NCBI GenBank assembly: GCA_964480555.1
Contig: CAYZQL010000002.1
Coordinates: forward strand, 1-43,711
DNA from: an uncultured Lentisphaeraceae bacterium
GTDB lineage: Bacteria > Verrucomicrobiota > Kiritimatiellia > RFP12 > UBA1067
DNA: 43,711 bases
Reading direction: 5' to 3'
In this document: positions 41,543 to 43,711 of the stretch, in pieces
Layout: each line of letters opens with the position of its first letter
Position numbering within the stretch: the first letter of the stretch is position 1
The notes under the pieces: model-generated
Databases searched by the model: none
What the model saw: the letters and a program-made list of their open reading frames with translations, nothing else
What the model was told of the DNA's origin: nothing
Translations under genes and position numbers: made by a program

Positions 41543-43711
41543 TCAGTCTCGCCGCGCGACGGTCACCTCTTGCTCGGGCGCGTTGGCCACCAGCCAGAGG
41601 CCGCCGGGCTCGACCTCGTCCGCCCGCACCACGCGCAGGATCGGCGCGACCGCTTCGGGCAGGCCCGGCACCAGCTCGGGCAGGCAGTCCCGCACCGCCT
41701 CCAGCCGCGCGCGGTTGAGCCGGTTCGCCGGACGGTCCGGGAAGAGCGCGAAGTAGATCATGTTCAGCTCCACCAGCTCGCCGAAGAAGTGCGTGCCCAG
41801 CGAGATGTCGGGCGTCAGGAAGGCGTGCATCTGCGCCACCTCGCACAGCGCCGCGACGTGGTTGATCTCCGAGAAGCTCACCGGGACGCCCAGCGAGGCC
41901 ATGTGCGTGCCCCACCGCCCGGGCCCGACCGCCAGCACCGTGCCGCCCCGCTTGCCGAACGCGCGGTTGATCTCGCCGATGGCCCGCGCCACCGCATGGC
42001 GCGTGTTCTCCGGCAGCGCGCCGTACCGCTCCGGCCGCACGTACAGGATCCAGTCCAGCCGCGTGACGCGGCTGTGCCCCACCACCGCGCCCTTGCTCAT
42101 CAGCAGCGCGTCTTCGGGCGCCACGCGCAGCTCCGGCACGTTCGGGTTGTGTGTGCCCTGCACCTGCAGCGGGCGGCACTGCAGCAGGTTGATGCGGTAG
42201 GTCCGGTCGTCCAGGAAGTTGACGGCGAACTCGACGTCCACCGGCCGGCCGTAGGCCGTCTCCAGCGACTTGAGCAGCTGCCGCATGTCGGCCACGAAAT
42301 CCGTGGCGGTCAGCAGCTTGTCGAAGGTCAGGATGCGGTGCGCGCGCCCCTGCATCAGCGACTGCTCCTCGAAGGAGGTGAAGAGCTCGATGGGCACGTC
42401 GCGCGCGTCCTTGAGCAGGTCCTCGAAATAGCCCGACCGCAGGGTGTCCGCCTCCAGGTCGATGAAGTCGACCTTGCGCTGGGAGTGGCGGCAGACCTCC
42501 TGGAAATCGGATTCGGGCCGGCGCAGCGGCGCGTTGAGCGCGACCACGCGCGTGTAGTCGTCGTCGACGCGGTCGACGGCGCGCGTGCCGAGCCCGTAGA
42601 CCAGGCGCACCACGCCCGCCTCGGGGTCGATCTCCTTGCTCCAGACGAAGGGGTTGTACGAGAAGCCCACCCCCGCGAGGTGCGGATAGAAGGTGTGGCT
42701 CTGCAAGACGCCGGTCACGCGCATCACGAGCAGCGCCATCTGCTCGTCGCGCTCCAGCAGCTTGTGGCGGGCGCGGTAGTTGAGCGCCTCGCGGCTCATG
42801 GTGCTGGCGTAGACGGTCAGCACCGCCTCCAGAAACGCGGACAGGCGCGCTTCACGCGTGCCCTGGTTCGCGCAGAACACGCTCTCGTATTTGCCCGCGA
42901 ACGCGTTGCCGTAGTTGTCTTCCAGCAGCGAGCTGGAGCGCACGATCACCGGGTACTGGCCGAAGTAGTCCAGCATCTCCTCGAACTGCCGCAGCACGTA
43001 GTCGGGGAAGGTGCCGGCCAGGATCTTCGCGCGCGCCTCGTCCACGCCCTCCAGAAACGTTTCGGGCGAGTGCTGCTGCTCGCGGTAGGGCCACAGCCCG
43101 TTGCGCACGAGGAAGGTGTAGAAGACGTCCGCGCCGATGTAGAAGGAGTCGTGCGGCTCCAGCCGCGTGCCCGCGCGCGCCGCGTCGCGCGCCACGATGT
43201 TGCGGGCCACCAGCATGCCGACGGTCTTGCCGCCGATCAGCCCCGTGCCCACCATGCGCCCCCGGATGTCCAGCAGGTCTGCGACGCTCAGGTACTCGCG
43301 CACGAGCGGCATGATCGCGTCGTCGCGCGTGACCACCATGCGCACGAGCTGCCGCCACACGTCGTGCCGCTGCTCTTCGGAGTAGGCCGGCGCGGCATCG
43401 GGGTTCGCGACCATCTCCTCCGCGCGGCGCAGGATCTCTTCGCCGTAGGCCTCGTCCGCGGCCCAGTCCGGCCCGGCGTTGGAGAGCACCTCGGCGATCA
43501 CCGCGCTGGAGCGCACGACCTCGAACAGGTCCTGCTCCTTCCAGACGTGCAGCAGGTGGATCGTCGGCGTGTAACGGAACTGCGTCTTGACCGGCCGCAC
43601 GTAGAGCCGGCCGTTGGCGTGGAACACGTCGATGAAGAGCTGGGTCGTGGACTGCACCGGCTCGGTCGCGTGCCGCGAGTGGTGCCGCCGCAGCAGGCCG
43701 AAGTAGGCGAT
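41543..43711 (-). CDS. PEP/pyruvate-binding (PPDK_N-like ATP-grasp) domain protein; 5' end probably outside the window
   Basis: The frame stays open from the listed GTG (43657) to the window edge (upstream codons read IAYFGLLRRHHSRHATEP). The motifs are MVGTGLIGGKTVGMLVARNI and VIVRSSSLLEDNYGNAFAGKYESVF. The latter matches the conserved VRSS..ED....FAG signature of pyruvate phosphate dikinase / PEP synthase N-terminal domains. Confidence 0.8.
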   Translation of the reverse strand: MAYFGLLRRHHSRHATEPVQSTTQLFIDVFHANGRLYVRPVKTQFRYTPTIHLLHVWKEQDLFEVVRSSAVIAEVLSNAGPDWAADEAYGEEILRRAEEMVANPDAAPAYSEEQRHDVWRQLVRMVVTRDDAIMPLVREYLSVADLLDIRGRMVGTGLIGGKTVGMLVARNIVARDAARAGTRLEPHDSFYIGADVFYTFLVRNGLWPYREQQHSPETFLEGVDEARAKILAGTFPDYVLRQFEEMLDYFGQYPVIVRSSSLLEDNYGNAFAGKYESVFCANQGTREARLSAFLEAVLTVYASTMSREALNYRARHKLLERDEQMALLVMRVTGVLQSHTFYPHLAGVGFSYNPFVWSKEIDPEAGVVRLVYGLGTRAVDRVDDDYTRVVALNAPLRRPESDFQEVCRHSQRKVDFIDLEADTLRSGYFEDLLKDARDVPIELFTSFEEQSLMQGRAHRILTFDKLLTATDFVADMRQLLKSLETAYGRPVDVEFAVNFLDDRTYRINLLQCRPLQVQGTHNPNVPELRVAPEDALLMSKGAVVGHSRVTRLDWILYVRPERYGALPENTRHAVARAIGEINRAFGKRGGTVLAVGPGRWGTHMASLGVPVSFSEINHVAALCEVAQMHAFLTPDISLGTHFFGELVELNMIYFALFPDRPANRLNRARLEAVRDCLPELVPGLPEAVAPILRVVRADEVEPGGLWLVANAPEQEVTVARRD

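Noticed and set aside
1-43711. A search for CRISPR arrays, tRNA/rRNA genes, transposases/integrases, prophage or toxin-antitoxin modules, and known defence-system signatures
   Set aside because: I saw no regularly spaced short repeats, no tRNA-like cloverleaf candidates in the few intergenic gaps, and no recombinase or nuclease motifs. The only repeats are the 652-nt LamG tract, the two nested palindromes and an 11-nt direct repeat.

Overview
This is a high-GC bacterial chromosomal window. Hand counts of single 60-nt lines range from 25/60 to 45/60 G+C. The gene content includes a Sig-70_gvs1-like ECF sigma with a FecR anti-sigma, XylR-like regulators, T5SS/PEP-CTERM-associated-repeat and PATR beta-strand proteins, and giant LamG/DUF2341 proteins. 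That content suggests a PVC-superphylum organism (Verrucomicrobiota, Kiritimatiellota or Lentisphaerota), which is an inference. I call 20 protein-coding genes. I found no tRNA, rRNA, CRISPR array, transposase, integrase or phage genes. (1) Bases 1-25.2 kb hold a glycan-degradation locus built as two convergent operons of similar composition. The plus operon has two XylR-like regulators, repeat protein A, two GH71-like enzymes (one fused to a non-catalytic FGE-fold domain), repeat protein B and a beta-helix protein. The minus operon has an ECF sigma, a FecR anti-sigma with a CBM9/DOMON-like sensor domain, repeat protein C, two GH42-like giants and a beta-helix protein. (2) Bases 25.3-36.5 kb, on the same minus strand, hold a GH20 beta-hexosaminidase and two tandem ~1,500-aa LamG/PATR/DUF2341 surface proteins. 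Their last 652 nt are identical apart from one base. (3) Bases 36.7-43.7 kb hold a Spy/CpxP-like periplasmic protein, a translationally coupled SNF2 helicase + SWIM zinc-finger pair, and a convergent PEP/pyruvate-binding-domain protein cut by the window edge. The observations most worth following up are: a 7-residue C-terminal tail shared by all five repeat-rich secreted proteins (candidate new sorting signal); the sharply bounded identity tract in the LamG pair; a nested-palindrome element present twice with compensatory base changes; and homopolymer tracts (T9, two G8) inside surface-protein genes. All functional calls rest on motif recognition by eye. No database search was run.
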